Positions 63,845 to 64,000 of a DNA stretch of 64,000 bases are shown piece after piece (the stretch's first letter is position 1; each line of letters begins with the position of its first letter). Origin of the DNA: Alphaproteobacteria bacterium (GTDB taxonomy: Bacteria; Pseudomonadota; Alphaproteobacteria; SHVV01); NCBI GenBank assembly GCA_965261735.1, contig OZ253470.1:3392001-3456000 (forward strand). The letters are read 5' to 3'. The position numbers and the translations under genes were made by a program. Below the pieces are notes generated by a model that had not been told where the DNA came from, made no database searches, and worked only from the letters and a program-made list of their open reading frames with translations.

Positions 63845-64000
63845 ATGCGATTCGTACCCGTTTACATCTCTGTCCTGCTGCTCGCAGGCGGTGCGGGCTG
63901 GTCCGCGTTTCTGGTAGAGGACCTCCGCCGCGCCGATGTCTGCATCGCCGTACTCGGCATCGTTCTTGCCCTTGCGCTGCTGGCCTACTTTGCCACCGGC
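63845..64000 (+). CDS. Membrane protein, partial (runs off the window)
   Basis: AAGGA then ATG; MRFVPVYISVLLLAGG with two hydrophobic stretches. Confidence 0.45.
   Translation, partial: MRFVPVYISVLLLAGGAGWSAFLVEDLRRADVCIAVLGIVLALALLAYFATG

Overview
GC-rich bacterial chromosomal window; the 16S sequence and the 16S-Ile-Ala-23S-5S-fMet layout point to an alphaproteobacterium, probably Rhodospirillales-like (inference, not searched). Five zones: (1) 1-5.7 kb of IS debris (IS3, IS21 end, IS256, IS1595) with an intact higBA module and truncated autotransporter, methyltransferase and sensor genes; (2) a complete rRNA operon, 5.7-11.3 kb; (3) after tRNA-fMet and a broken IS1380, a five-gene nuclease/helicase cluster (SbcD-like, SbcC-like, OLD/TOPRIM ATPase, AddB-like, AddA-like), 13.7-25.8 kb; (4) nested IS110-family and IS21 elements, 25.9-31.3 kb, in which candidate bridge-RNA guide sequences can be matched by eye to each element's target and donor junction; (5) from 32.2 kb, a phage-like CI/Cro switch followed by a roughly 30 kb co-oriented operon combining a type IVb pilus with a Dot/Icm-like (MPF-I) secretion system and several unusual components. 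Relaxase, coupling protein and integrase are not seen in the window. All calls come from motif recognition by eye; no database searches were run.
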